Shown: piece by piece, positions 34,289 to 47,922 of the stretch
Numbering within the stretch: position 1 is the first letter of the stretch
How the letters are laid out: the number at the start of each line of letters is the position of its first letter
Source of the DNA: Pelomyxa schiedti
Lineage: Eukaryota; Protista; Evosea
Length of the DNA: 53,729 nucleotides
Assembly: GCA_020536535.1 (NCBI GenBank)
Contig: JAHLWZ010000290.1
Span: forward strand, 3,171-56,899
Direction of reading: 5' to 3'
Notes under the pieces: model-generated
The model's database searches: none
The model's input: only the letters and a program-made list of their open reading frames with translations
Told to the model about the DNA's origin: nothing
Position numbers and translations under genes: made by a program

Positions 34289-34669
34289 CATCGAAAATTT
34301 CTTGCTAATACGACACGATATTCAGGGAGGCCCTATTGTGTGCCGTGTGAAAGAAGGTTGTATGGAAATTATTGCGAGGCATGCCACCAGGTATCCTCTC
34401 CTTTTTAATTGGCATTGAAATCTAAATGTGTACAAGCCTATAGCAGGACAGCAGATATCCGCAATTGGAAGGTTCTATCACCCCAATCACCTGGTTTGTT
34501 TCGTTTGTAAAGTACCTGTTCAGGTAAACACCCCTCTCCACCTTTCCTAACTGAAAAGAAACCACTCCCACAAATCCTGTTATTGTTTATTATGCAGAAT
34601 GGATTTGTGGAGCACAATGGCAAACCGTTTTGTTCGACCTGTGCCCACAATGCTGGAAAATCCTCTTAA
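34289..34669 (+). CDS. LIM-type zinc-finger protein, 3' exons (34289..34390, 34452..34523, 34598..34669); the 5' part was not found.
   Basis: ..GRPYCVPCERRLYGNYCEACHQ|QISAIGRFYHPNHLVCFVCKVPVQ|NGFVEHNGKPFCSTCAHNAGKSS stop. Pattern is C-x2-C-x23-H-x2-H-x2-C-x2-C-x16-C-x2-C. Donors CAG|GTATCC and CAG|GTAAAC, acceptors gacag| and tatgcag|. Confidence 0.45.
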
Positions 34670-34710
34670 CACTTAATTAATCAGGAAAAAAAAACATTTT
34701 TCTTGTTTTC

Positions 34711-37700
34711 TTATGCATTTGCTCTTCTATACCACAGTGTTGCAATAAATGCCAAAACGATTGCCACTCCAATTCCCATGTATGTTCTCAGGTTGGTGTT
34801 TTTGGGTTCAGAGTCTGGTGTGCCTGTGAAGAATGAGTTTTGCTTCGAGAAAAGAACTTTTCTACTTGGAGGACTAGGGGTATCTCCTGAAGTGGGGTCT
34901 TCAAGAGGTGTTCCATCATAAGAAACCTTGATGGACTCCTAACCGGCTGAGCGACGGGAAGGGATAAAGGGCAAAAAACCTGTTTATCACACAGGGGATC
35001 TGTGAAAGTCACCTGAACTCCAGAAAACGGTGCACTCCTGCCTTCAGCTGTAAGTTCCAGCTGATAAGAACTTGCTACTTTGGAAATGGAGAGTAAATTG
35101 GGGTGTGTAGATGTGACTTCGAGAACAGGGGGTGCATTAGCGATTGAAAGTTTGTAGGTGGACAATTTGAAGGCTTTCCCAAATTGGATCTGTTTAGTTT
35201 TAAGTAATGAATGACATCGGGATAATGTATGCTTACTTGGAAAGGCTTGTTGATGACTGTAAATATGGGGTGGTATGGAACCTTTACCTCAGTTACAAAT
35301 GCGCTATTTGTCTGAGGATTTTTTATTTTAATGGTAATCTTGATGTCATAAATCTGTTTAACATGAAACAGATGAAGAGAGTAAGTCAAAGGGCATTGAC
35401 GATGAAATAACCTGTAGGATCGTATTGGTAGCAGATAAGACACATGACAGAGTTTTATCAGTGGTGCTGTAGGCCACGGCAACTGGAGATTGACTGCTGC
35501 ACTCAACAACCAGATTGCGTCTCACACTTGACATCTGAGAAGTTAAAACACCCACTTTCGTAAGCAGTTGCAGGGGCAATCTGGGAAAAGATTGACGGTC
35601 AATAAAACATGACAGTTGAACATGTAACCAACCGAAGAGTTTTCGAACACTTTGCATGAGTACCAGAGTCGTCAGCACAGAGAAGAGCCGCATCAGTGGA
35701 GTTACCTATGTTAACTCCGGAAATTTCTTGTACTGTGACGGTGGTTTGTGATGCTCCATACTCAACCTCGACTGATCCAACAGAGGAGGCAATCCCAACA
35801 CCAGTTGTTGGTTCAATTCTTCATCCCAGGTTGGTTTTTTTTTTTTTTTGGGGGGGGGTTTACCTGAATACGGACGAATTTGAACTCCTCCATGTCCATT
35901 CTTTATCTAGCAAGAATGGGAAAAGGGAAATAGGAAAAGAAAAATGCCTTGCTCCCCACTGTAATGAAAACGGACCTCGTCGCCAGTTGTTAAAACTGGT
36001 TCGTTGATATTAAAGGCTTGGACTGTTTTGACCTTCATTCCATGAGGAGGAAGTATGTGAATTTTGTGGAGCAGATGTACGATACCTGAAAAACTGTATA
36101 CAAAGCAGGAAACCAATTACTTGTCAGAGTCACCCCAACAACAGTGAGTCCCGTGTGCTTCCCTGTTAAGACAAGCCCTCCTTCAACCTGAATGAAGTTT
36201 TGGTCTGGAAGAAAATTGGGGAAGTTGATTTTACTGGTAGGACATCCAAAAGATTTTTTGGGGAGATGGTTGTTTCTACGGAATAATCACCGAGTTCAGC
36301 AAATACGATACCACGAGATGTGACTGCTGTAAAATTAACGCTAAAGACAGTCAGGAAAGCCAACGAAAACAAGAGCACACAGAACGGGGGTGTGACAGGG
36401 AACCTGTCAGAGTGGTGAGTATTTTGGAATTGTGGGTATTCTTACATTACTGGATGTCATTTTTACCATAAGAGCTGTTGGAGTGGCCACATTCACACTC
36501 AAGGGCTATACTCAGTTAAAGGAAATTCCACATAGAGAGGAAAGCAAACCAGCTTTTGTTCTGTTGGTTCATCTGTGAATAGCACCACAGCAGCACCGAG
36601 ATTAGATAGTGAATGAACCAGTATATCACTCTTCGCGTCTCTATGAACTTGAATCAATCTTTCTCCACTTGACACTTGGAATGAGACCTGTGGTATTGGC
36701 GTTGGTCATTTCCAAGTCCGTTATGACAGAGATACCTGTGGAGAGGAGAGCTTGACGTGAAAGATGCTATGGGGTGCCACAGTAATACTGGAAGGGTGTA
36801 GGAATTCAACTTTATCTAAAACAGAGATCTGCAGAGAAGCTTAGAGACGGAAAGAGCACAAGGGCTAACTTCGATAGTGTCATCTATTTTAAATGACGAA
36901 ACGAATTTGTCTTGTTGCAATTTAACAGCAAGAAGACATTTCCCAGGACTTAATGCTAGCAGAGAGACACTCAATAAGTGACTATCTACGGATTCAAGAA
37001 ACACTAAGTAATGGACAAGGAGAAGTAAGAAAAACCTTGAGGGTCAAGCTGCAAAACTGTAGGGTTGCTAACTGTCCAATTTGGCGTGATGCTACCAATT
37101 GTTAAAAGTGAATACTACACACATGGTATACCCCAGAGAAAGGAGGGTGTCAGGGGAGGATGCATCTTCCACTTTGGCGATTTAGATATTTCATGGAATA
37201 TAACCGTAAAACCTTTGAGATAAGCAGATATTTGGGACCCAACAACAGCTTGCAAAGTAGATTGGATTTTGATTTCTACTCTATGTCACATTGTTTCACA
37301 TCAATAACTGCATACTTGGCATCTCTTTCACAGCAATTGTTATGGAATTAGCAGATCTCAACACGTTTCCTGGTTTCAACTCAACTTCTGCAAAAGCATG
37401 TGTTGTTCCTATTTTGCGAGTGGTCACGACTCCATCAACAACAGTTGCAATTGTGGGATTGTCTACTATCCACTTGACCTGATCCCATTGTCAATGCTTT
37501 GTTCCTATGTCAATGTACTTGAACCTGAGAAGTGGAAGATGGAGGGCCCCCCTGAAGTTGTAGATGTCCAAAGAATCCCAAAGACAAACTCAATTCTGGA
37601 GGAGAAATAGTGATATCCTTATAGACTTGAATCTTAAGAACAATCAATTATTGACCAATGTGCAAAGCAAGAAAGTACAAGTTTTGGAGGACTTGAAATG

Positions 37701-40700
37701 ACTTTCCCTTCTCGTGTAGTAAAATAGGCTATCAATGCAGTTGTGCCCTAGTTATTCTATGAGGGGAGGAAATATAATTCCTGGCATACAGCATTGAGTG
37801 CCTTTATAGAAAAAGAGGTAGGGGTGTCTGAGGAAATACTTATTACCCCGTCACCAGTGTCAGTGTCATCTTTGAGTCTTAATTTTATTGACAGGGCTTG
37901 AAGTCTAGAAAGCATTTTAGTGGAGTACGAGCGAGAAATCTTACAAGTCTTCCGGGATAAGGTGTTCATATACGTCAAATGCACGGACCCTTACTTCACC
38001 TCTATTACCAACAAGAAGAAGGTCCTTATCGATATCAATAGATAGAGCTTGAACATCAATTACAAGAATGCTAACAACACGCTCCTCATTTCCACAACTA
38101 TCACGGACCAATATCTTGGTAAATTAGGAAAGTGGCATAAACAATTGAGAAGCAAACTGCAGTGGTCCCAGACTTAAGTGCCTCCACCTACAGTGATGTA
38201 AGGAGTTCATTTCATTAACTTTGTTGTTCTTTACCTGAACAGAAGCCGAATCTATGTCAGTAACTCTAATGATATCAGAGTTTCCATTCCCAAAAGAGTA
38301 CATCCCAGAACCAGATATTACTGAATATTGTCAAACACATCTTTTACTGTGCTCTTGCCTTTAATTATTGCTCTGCTTGTCATGTGATTCAAAAGAGTGA
38401 CCTAGTAGAATTAGATAATACAATGGCATCATAGTGGCTACCTGCTGAGGAGATACAGATAAGCTATCGTAGACTCTTAGTTGGAGGGAGTGCGACAGAG
38501 TTGTCAGTGATGGTATTGTTCTGCATGAGTATTAGAGTATTGCATCATCTTCTTTCTTAAAAAAGTATCCTGTGAGTGAGATTACAAACCGGGTTTTAGA
38601 ATCTGCCAATGTTTGTGGAGTGAATGACGAAATGGAAGCACTTATCGTTATCAACCCCTTTTGGTTTCCGTGCAAAGAGGCTGTTTGTTTATCGGTCTGC
38701 CAGGAGGCAATGGACTGCAATAATTAGGAGAAAAACCCCAACGAAAAGGACTGAAGTATACCGGATCTGAAGATAGGTAACTAATATGGAGTGTAGATAT
38801 ATTGGGAAACTGGCGACTCTGTTCATCAAATACTTTGAGTGTAAACATAAGGGAACCACCTGTCTTTAAAGCAATAGGAGATTCTGCAATACAGGAGCCT
38901 GAAACTAGGGTACTTCTATTGGTGAAATGATTTGGGACTTGAACTGTCACCTGGCTCAAGTAAGAGTTTCGACGGAGGCAAGCATTCCAACTCAAAAGTG
39001 GTCACACTTGCACCGCCATACAATATGCTGATAACCTGAGGTGTTGTGCATAACTGGTTCTTATCCAATAAACAAATTTACATGTTTGCCAAACTGAAAA
39101 CATGATATACTAAACTCACGCTTGTTGGCAGGGTTATTGGCAATCTCCTTTTGTCCAGGTTTTCGTTTTAGTCCTGTCCCACTAAGTTTAAATTACATAC
39201 CAGTGAGTCAGTATTCGAAGTCAGTTCATAAAAAGTTGAGGAGGAGGGCTCTGGGCCGCCAGTAATAGTAAACTTCCCTGCAGCTCCAAATGTCAATAAA
39301 TCGGGGCCTGACAAAGACACTTCAGCGTGAACAGTGATTGTGAATTGTGTCGATATAGTCAGCCCAGCCCGATCTTTGAAGGAAGCGGTAATTTGGGCAA
39401 CTCCTTCATGTGGAAATGTTGCTTGAACACCAGCACAGATGCGCTTTTTTGGTTTCTTACTTTAATAGGGTTAAAAGATGACATACAGCTGATTCTGGTT
39501 TGGTTTGAGAGGAAAAAGTCACATGAGGCAGAGACGACTTCCATTCAAACGGTACTGCCGTGCAATCGTCAAAAAATTGTCCACTGGAATCTTTAGCCTA
39601 CTTGTATGTGATGTTGGGAAGAGGCTAGTGGTAAGATACAATTATCCCCAGTAGAATGCTTCCGCCAACAAAGAGGGAGAGAGTGGGTGAATTGGCAGAA
39701 ATGAGAGAAATCTTGTCAATCACAACCTTTCAGGTGTTATATTTCCGTAAGACAAACTGAGGGTTGTAACTGAAATTTCATCAAAATTGGAGGGGGTAGC
39801 CGCATCCAGTAATTGCACCTGAACAGTTCCCACATTTCCAGATACAAATGTTAGAATACCAGAGACTCCGACTATTGCCACGGAAGAATCAGAGGTGCGC
39901 CATTGATAGACACCACTTCCGCCAGTTGCCTTTGGAATATCAGTGCCATACAAAGATGTATTAAGAGTGCCTGCAGTTGGAAGTGGGAGTTAAAGGCTGG
40001 TGGTAGCAATAGCTTTTCAGGTGAAATTTTCACGGGTAGGACAACTGATATATCCTTGTTTAGCACAAGGTTCTTCATGTCAACCTGCATGAGTGTGATT
40101 GTCAAGAGACAAAGTGCCTGCAAATTGTTACCACAGTTGCTGATACGGATATTTGAGTGAGTCCCGTGTTCTTTGGAATTACAGAGAAAGAATCACGAGT
40201 GGATGAAGGAATATCGAATTTTGTAGTATCAAGGTGAATGGAGAACCGGAAGCTCTTAAAGAAAAGTTTAGGATGGATTTGATGGGGCAGCAATTACATC
40301 AGAGAGCTGCAAAATGTGCTCTTCACTGTCTAGTACTTTCATCTCAACCTGTGTTCAATAAGAATGCAAATTTTTTTGAAGAATCGCAACAAAGTATTTC
40401 TGGCCGGTTATGAGAGGAGAAGACTCAGGTAACACTATCACAGCTTAAGATTTTACCGACATTAAGAGAAAGAATCACATTCGTTGTCTCTGTACACATC
40501 CAAGTGCACACTGTGGGGTTGGGACACAAAAATCGTACCACAAGTGCGGCTTTCTTGCATATCTGATAACCCATGAGCTTGGAGAGGAAGTGATTTAAAG
40601 ACTCACATGAACTTGTTACGCACACTTGAACAGTAGTGGATACTTTGACTTGAGGAGAAATTGTTACCACACCATGAGCTTCTACTGTAGCTATAGAAAT

Positions 40701-41970
40701 ATCAGATGTTGACCAAATGAAGTCATGGCTAGGAAGAGATACAACTTTGTGTGGTCAATACATATTCAATACCAAAATGGAAAACCTTCTAAATTTCCTG
40801 AAGGGGCACGGACAGAAAGACTATACTTAATGACAGAGCCTGGTACAACATACAGAGATTTTGCTGGTGATAGTACTAGCTGCAGGAGTACTGTCATGAC
40901 CGCCGATACCTAGGTGACTGTTTAAATCCAGGATGTGCATGTAGAAAAAAGTGTATCTAACTGGAGGAACTCGAGAATTTCCAGTGATACAAGAGGATAG
41001 TTTTGCTTTCCCTACAGTCATACTTTCCAATGCAACAGCGTTGCTTCGTAAACCCTTGACTGGTCAAATGAAAGGGGAGGCTGTAACCTTGTACCTTGGC
41101 TTCCAGCTCAAGTAACATTTGGGAAGCCTCCACAGACACATCTCTAAAGTTTCTAATACGGAAAGGAGTAGATAAACTCAGTGTTTCAATCGTCCAATCA
41201 AAAAGAATTCCTTCTAATGTGGAAAAATGGTTGTCTGTTTTTTTTTTTTTTTGGTTTACTGTTACAACTTGTAAAACCAAAAGAGAAACCATACTTGATG
41301 AATCAAATCCAGTCAGGCTTACAACCTGAACAAGCCCTTTGTAGAGAATTCTAGTTGTAGTCTGTTAAAGTGTTACCAAAAGAGGGCAGAAAGGGGAATA
41401 GGGCTGGACCTACAGCAATATCAAGTCGATGGATATCATCAACCGATACTTCACATCTCAATATTGAATCACTCACTTTTAGTGGAGTTACCACCTATAC
41501 AGGAAAATTCTCAAACGTACATTGGTCTTCTGCAGTAACCCATGTAGAGTGGCGGTGGTGAATGTTTTGAATGTCTCCAACTGGCAACTTTTTGGATATC
41601 ACAGAAACACTGTCCACGCATGTAAGTTGCTTTTCTCTGTGAGTCTTCAAAGGTTGCACTGTTGCCACCATGGGATTGTCTGTTGACCTTCACAATCACA
41701 TGTTCAGCATTTTTACATTGTTGTGTGCTATTTGGAAAAACCCAAAGACCTCGACGCACAGCAAAAGCACAACAAAAACAACAAACGCAAACTTACCACG
41801 TGAAACAGCCACCACTGACTTGCAAAGGAAACGCGATATTGGGACCACCTTCAGTACCGAACGGCAGTAGGATATTAACAGCTGATATGGATGGCACTTC
41901 ACCACACGAGATCGAGATCGCGTGCCACAGCACCACAGCCGCAGCAATTATGTCAAACCTTGGCATCATT
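34711..41970 (-). CDS. NUP210: Nuclear pore membrane glycoprotein gp210 (NUP210); many short exons.
   Basis: Exon 1 (41970..41797) is MMPRFDIIAAAVVLWHAISISCGEVPSISAVNILLPFGTEGGPNIAFPLQVSGGCFT(W) with a GTAAGT donor, matching the human NUP210 N-terminus ..[30 protein letters not shown]. Numerous Ig-like/BIG2-type exons follow (..YQWRTSDSSVAIVGVSGILTFVSGNVGTVQV.., ..PPVLEVTSTHPNLLSISKVASSYQLELTAEG..). The C-terminal exon reads ..PSRKVLFSKQNSFFTGTPDSEPKNTNLRTYMGIGVAIVLAFIATLWYRRANA stop, a single TM helix plus a short tail. Confidence 0.8.
35834..35857. repeat. Abutting homopolymers (T)15(G)9 inside an intron of NUP210.
   Basis: Direct reading: ggttttttttttttttgggggggggttt. Confidence 0.9.
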
Positions 41971-42182
41971 TCCCGGTTGTGAGGTGATGTGGGCGAATCT
42001 CTTAACGGATTAATCTCAGAAAGGCGCTGGCCACAACCAAATAGAAACAAGCCCTGGGCTCCGTTTCTTTTCTATTCGGACTTTTTTCGTTGATTTACTC
42101 TTCTTTTGAGTTTCGCTGCGGGGAAGCCATTCTTCAGGGTTTTTTCTTTTTTTTTACAGGCATAAATAAATACAACCAAAGC

Positions 42183-45100
42183 ATGGCCACGAGACCGGTG
42201 ACGTTCTTAGTGAACGGGAAATTGCATTCCGTAGCGAATGCCAACCCTTTGGAATCTTTGCTTACTTATTTGCATGAAGGTATGTTTCTTCTGTATTCGT
42301 TGGGCCTTTTTTTTTTTTCCTAACACCAGTGTTGTATCGTTAACACGTTGCAGCTGGAATAAAGGGAACCAAATTGGGTTGTGGCGAAGGCGGCTGTGGT
42401 GCTTGCACAGTTGTCGTGTCTTTCTTCAACAAATCACTTGGCTCTGTTTGGTAATTGCTCTACCCTTGGCCTTGGTTATATTTATGTGGCTTAGCCATAG
42501 AGCTGTAAACGCTTGTTTAATGCCCCTTTGTGCTGCTGATGGCACTGCTATAACAACTATCGAGGGTCTCAAGTCAACCACTGCATTGCACCCCATTCAG
42601 GTTTTCTTTCTCTGTAATGTACAATGCTTTGACAACCATATAATTTATAGGAACGAATGGTCAAGTCCAACGCTATCCAATGTGGGTTTTGTACTCCAGG
42701 CATTATAATGGCCCTATATGCGTACCTTCTGGAGCACCCAAATGCTACAGAGTCTTCTTTGCAATCTTGTCTAGATGGAAATTTGTGCAGGTGCACCGGG
42801 TACAGACCAATTATCGATGTCGCAAAAAGTGTATGTATACCCTTTTACTCATAACTCTAAAGCACACCAATAGTTCGCTCGGAAAACCTGCCTTGGTACT
42901 TGCACCACAACAGACATTGAGGTCGTTCCCTTTTCTCAGGAATGTACTTTAATGTAATTCAAGACTCTTCCTGTTGCTCCACCATCCATACCAGTGGAGT
43001 TTCTTACAGAAGCGAGGACTCCGCTCTTTGCTTCAACTCCCCAATGCTCGTGGTTTGTTCCACAGACACTCTCAGAGCTTCTTGAACTCAAGGCATTGAA
43101 CAAATTCCTTTTCCTTCCCTCTATCCTCATTTTCCCCAGAGGCTGCACCCTAAAGCCGAAATTGTTGTAGGAAACACGGAAGTAGGGATCTTCAATCATT
43201 TTAAGGGTTCATACCCAGGGCATATCATTTACCCTGCTAACATTCCGGAGCTTCTTTCTGTGAGTGATATACACTGTTTGCTTTGTAACATCTTTGCAGT
43301 TCTCCACCACAGAGGACGGTGCCTTCATTGGGGCCGCTCTCTCTTTGACGGATCTTGAAATCAAATTGGAGAGTCTTATTGCATCAATGGATGTATTTCT
43401 CCAGTTCACTAAAATGCATCTGATTTCTGTAAAGAAAGCAAAGGCCAAAATTTTTGTGGAAATGATACGACAACTTGAACGTTTTGCTGGCCACCAGGTG
43501 CGTAATGTTGCATGTTTGGGTGCAAACTTGGCAACTGCCAGTCCAACTTCTGACATGAATCCCATTCTTCTCGCCTCGGTACAGTTTTGCTTTTTTTGGG
43601 CACACATTTCTCATACCAATTAGGGAGCTGTGGTCCATGTTGCTTCTTCCACTGGAAAAAGAACAGTTAACATCTCGGACTGGTTTATTGGGTACAGAAA
43701 GGTAGCACTTGCTCCCGAAGAAGTCATTGTCAGTATATGTAGGACCCACTCTAATATTTTCTCGCACTCAGCCTCTTTTAGTTGTACCTTTTACAAAGCC
43801 AAATGAATTCGTCAGTGCTTTTAAGCAATCCCGACGGCTTCACGATGATATTGCTGTTGTAACAGCCTGCTTCCGAGTTACCCTGCAAGAAGTAATATCT
43901 ATGGAGAAAAGGATATATTAACGTATTTGAAGGTTCCAAATGAACCAGCCCCCAGTAGTGTAACTGCAACATCAGCACCAATTTTAAGGTGGGATAGTGC
44001 CTCCTTCAATGCTGCAGTGGCGTCTGGATCAGGATTTGTTGCGCAGCCCCCTTCTCAGTCACTGTTTCCCCCGACCAATAAGAAATGGGTAGTGCAATCT
44101 TGCTCCCTAGCCTTTGGCGCTATGGATGCCCGAACTCGCCTGTATTTTATTTTTCCAATTTTCTTTTTTAATTTCTCCTTCAGTGCCTCCAGTACTGGTC
44201 AGTTCCTAACAGGCAAATCTTGGGATTTCTCTATTCTTCCAGGGGTCATACGTGCATTTGCCACAGTAAGTCAATTTATTTCCTGTTGTTTTCTAATGTG
44301 TTAGGATTTTCCAATTGCCGCAAAAGTGCCTGGTGGTATGCCTGAATACCGTCGCACAATGACAGGCAGTTTGTTCTTCAAGGTACATAAAATGTTGCAC
44401 TCCAACCAGAACTCAGTCTCTTTCCAAGTTCTTCATGGACGTTTATGCCAATATCCACGGCTCCACTTCAGTTCCACCCCAGTATCTCTCAGCTGCGAAG
44501 AAATCTTTTGATCGAGCAGTGATGAAAAGTGTTGTTGACTTTGATTGTGCAACCCCCAAGTGGTAGATTCTACTAGCCCGACTCTCCCCTCCACTGATAA
44601 TACTAATAAAGCCCAACTGATGTTGTTGGAACTCCTGTGACCCACATCTGTGCTGATAAACTTGCAACTGGAGAAGGTTTTGACATCTTAATTTCACCAC
44701 AAGTAATTTCCTTGAAGCTGTTTTTGCATCCGATGTTGATGCACCATATCATGCAGTGATGATACAGAGCTCCAAGGCACATGCAAGGATTGTGTACGCA
44801 CTAAGATGATTTGTTGCATGACATGATTTATTTCTACCAGGAGTATTGATGCTACTAAGGCACTTGCAATGGAAGGTGTTCTTCGTGTTTTCACTGCCAA
44901 AGATGTTCCTGGTACAAATGTTTTCCCTGCCACCAAGGATGAAGAAGTCTTTGCCAGCTCCGAGGTTTTATGCGTGGGTAGGCGTTTGACGAACTTTATC
45001 TTCCCTTGGTAACTCTCCTTTTTTTTAGGCTACCCAGTTGGTGTTGTTGTTGCCAGGACCCACGAGATTGCCCGCAATGCAGCTCGGTTGGTTCAAGTGC

Positions 45101-47736
45101 AATATGAAGAGTTACCGGCAGTTTTAACCATCGATGTGCGTTAGAACTAGCAAATAACCCATCTCATTTTTCTAGGATGCAATTAGGACAAATTCCTGGT
45201 TAGCTCCACCAATTGTGTATGAAACAGGTGATATTAACGCGGGCTTCAAGGCATCTGATCACGTCATTGAAGGTCAACCACAAAGTATTTCCATAGAAGT
45301 AACTGTGAGCAGGTGAAATGTCTGTTAATGGACAAGAACACTTCTATATGGAAACCAACGTTGTGGTCGCTACACCTCGTGAAGATGAAATTGAACTCTT
45401 CTGTTCGACCCAAAATACCTCAAAAACCCAGTCCAGTGTTGCAACAGTACTGGGAATTCCTTCGAACGCTGTAACAGTGAAGGTAGTGATGACATTGACT
45501 GTATTTCCTTAATCTCCTTTAGTGCAAACGTGCTGGTGGAGGCTTTGGAGGCAAGGAAACCCGGAATATATTCGTTGCTGTTGCATGTGCCGTTCCTGCG
45601 TACATAATGAAGAAACCAATTAAATTGTGGATGGATCGTGACGTGGATATGTCAATCACTGGCACCCGACACCCTTTCCTGTGCAGGTACAAGGTCGGTT
45701 TTATGAACAGTGGAAAGCTTGTTGCCGCCGATTTTACTCTCTACAGCAATTGTGGTTACTCACTGGATCTTTCTATTCCCGTAATGTCACGGTAGATATC
45801 AAACCGGCAGATACTAAAGCTAATAGTTTTGTTAAGAGCCCTTTTCCATGTCGATAATGCATATTTCTTCGAAAATCTTCGTGCAACAGGACATATGGCC
45901 AAAACAAACAAGCCATCGAATACAGCGTAAATTCTTCTTCCTGTCATCTCTCATTGTAAGAATAATTACCAGTTTCCGTGGATTTGGCGCTCCTCAGGGA
46001 ATGTGTGTAACTGAGCAGATTATGATTAGGATAGCACAGATGCTTGCTAAGCCTGTGAATCCTCTAAGAGTTGGCACCCTCAAGAAGACTTCCTTCCCAC
46101 TAACTGTCACTACAGGAACTTAACTTCTACAAAGAAGGAGAAATGACCCACTATGGAATGCAGGTGAAAAACAATTTCATGGCTCGTGTTTGGGCAGAAC
46201 TTCTAGAAAAGAGCGAATTTAAGAAGAGAGAGTGAGCCTCCCTTTTTGTTTGATTCAAGTTCTAATACAACGAAAAGACATGAAGTGACCGTGTTCAATG
46301 CCCAGCAGCGATACAGGAAGCGTGGTATTGCTTGTATACCCGTTAAATTCGGTCTTGCCTTCACCCAAAGTGCACTGAACCAGGTACACCACACAGTTGA
46401 AACCTCTTTAATATCTTAACTCTAAAAAAGGCTGGCTCACTGGTTCACATCTACGTTGATGGCAGTGTTTTGATCTCTCACGGAGGCTGTGAAATTGGGC
46501 AAGGTCTTCATACAAAGATGGCGCAGGTGTGCTTTGCCTGAAAAATGTATTACTGTCCTTACATACACAGATTTGTTCTACGGCCCTAGGTATTCCACTC
46601 AGCATGGTGCGGGTAGGTGACACGAGCAGTGACAAAGTTCCAAACTCTTCACCCACTGCGGCTTCATCTCAGTCAGGTACTTTAGTTTAATTAACTGTGG
46701 TGTATGTAACACTATGTCACTTCAGATCTGAATGGCATGGCTGTACTGCTTGCCTGCACTGCTTTGAAGGAACGCCTGGAAAAATTCCGAGCGACTCTGC
46801 CCCCCACCCCCGAACCACTACCCTGGGACAAGGTACCAGCTGTAACCTTCTTGTCTTGACTAAATTTCCATTTTCCAGCTGGTGCAAGCAGCGTATGCAG
46901 CCAGGGTGGATCTATGCGCTCATGGATTCTATGAGACATCTGCGGTCAAATTCGATTTTAAGACAGGAAAGGGAAACCCGTTCTCCTACTTCGTTTTCGG
47001 TGCTGCCTGCTCTGAGGTAGAAATAGACACTCTCACAGGTTTGGTTTTGTTAGGTTGCAGCCCTTGAAATGACAGTGTGGTAGGAGATCACACGATCCTA
47101 AGAAGTGACGTAGTAATGGATATTGGGAAGAGTTTGAACCCAAGCATAGATATCGGCCAGGTGACAACACAACAGCCCCTTGTGTAATGGCATTTACTAT
47201 CTATTTAGATTGAGGGCGCATTCATTCAGGGCTCTGGGTGGTCCACTCTGGAAGAACTTGTCAATTTCCCCAATGGGTCATATTACACTCTGGGGCCATC
47301 AACCTACAAGATTCCAGGTACTTGGACACCCATGTATTGTGGACCTTACACTCTCCCAGGAGTTGTTGATGTGCCTTCCGACTTCAGGGTTTACATTTTA
47401 CGTGACGTTGAAAACCCTATGGCCGTTCACTCATCCAAAGGCATAGGGGAGCCCCCGTTGTTCCTAGGCCATTCCGTTTTCTTTGCAATCCAAAACGCAA
47501 TTACCAGTGCAAGGGCCGAAGAAGGAATACAAGGATTTTTCCAGATGTCTCTACCCGCCTCCTGTGAACAGATAAGACTCGCTTGCCGTGATGCCTTCAC
47601 CGATCCCACTCCAAATGGTATCAATCATCCTATTCCCCTTTCTCTCCTCACATACAAAACAGCCGGCATCAAGGGTGAATCCTGGACCACCGTAGAAAGC
47701 AGGCCTACTCCCGACGACCTCCACCAACTTCCCTGA
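42183..47736 (+). CDS. XDH: Xanthine dehydrogenase / aldehyde oxidase family molybdo-flavoenzyme; multi-exon.
   Basis: [55 protein letters not shown] (2Fe-2S ferredoxin) ... [25 protein letters not shown] ... [21 protein letters not shown]...[12 protein letters not shown] ... [30 protein letters not shown] (FAD domain) ... [16 protein letters not shown]...[11 protein letters not shown] ... [13 protein letters not shown] (Mo-pterin domain) ... [25 protein letters not shown]. Domain order matches vertebrate XDH. Confidence 0.9.
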
Positions 47737-47922
47737 AGCCTCTCCTTATCCAACAAACAAAAACCCCTCTTATAGATACCCTTTCCATAATAAAACTCTT
47801 TGTACCCTCAACACCATTTCCTTTTTCGCGCTCTCTTTTTCTTTCCCTGTTTCCGCCCGTTATCCAACCGTTATTTGGTAGCGAAAAACCGCGTCTCGTG
47901 CCTCTCAGCCCCATCAATTACA

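Noticed and set aside
42238-42708. Track ORF of 156 aa in another frame within the XDH 5' region, and other opposite-strand ORFs across 42.5-47.6 kb.
   Set aside because: They overlap XDH exons and introns in the wrong frame or strand. The XDH exon chain explains the region.
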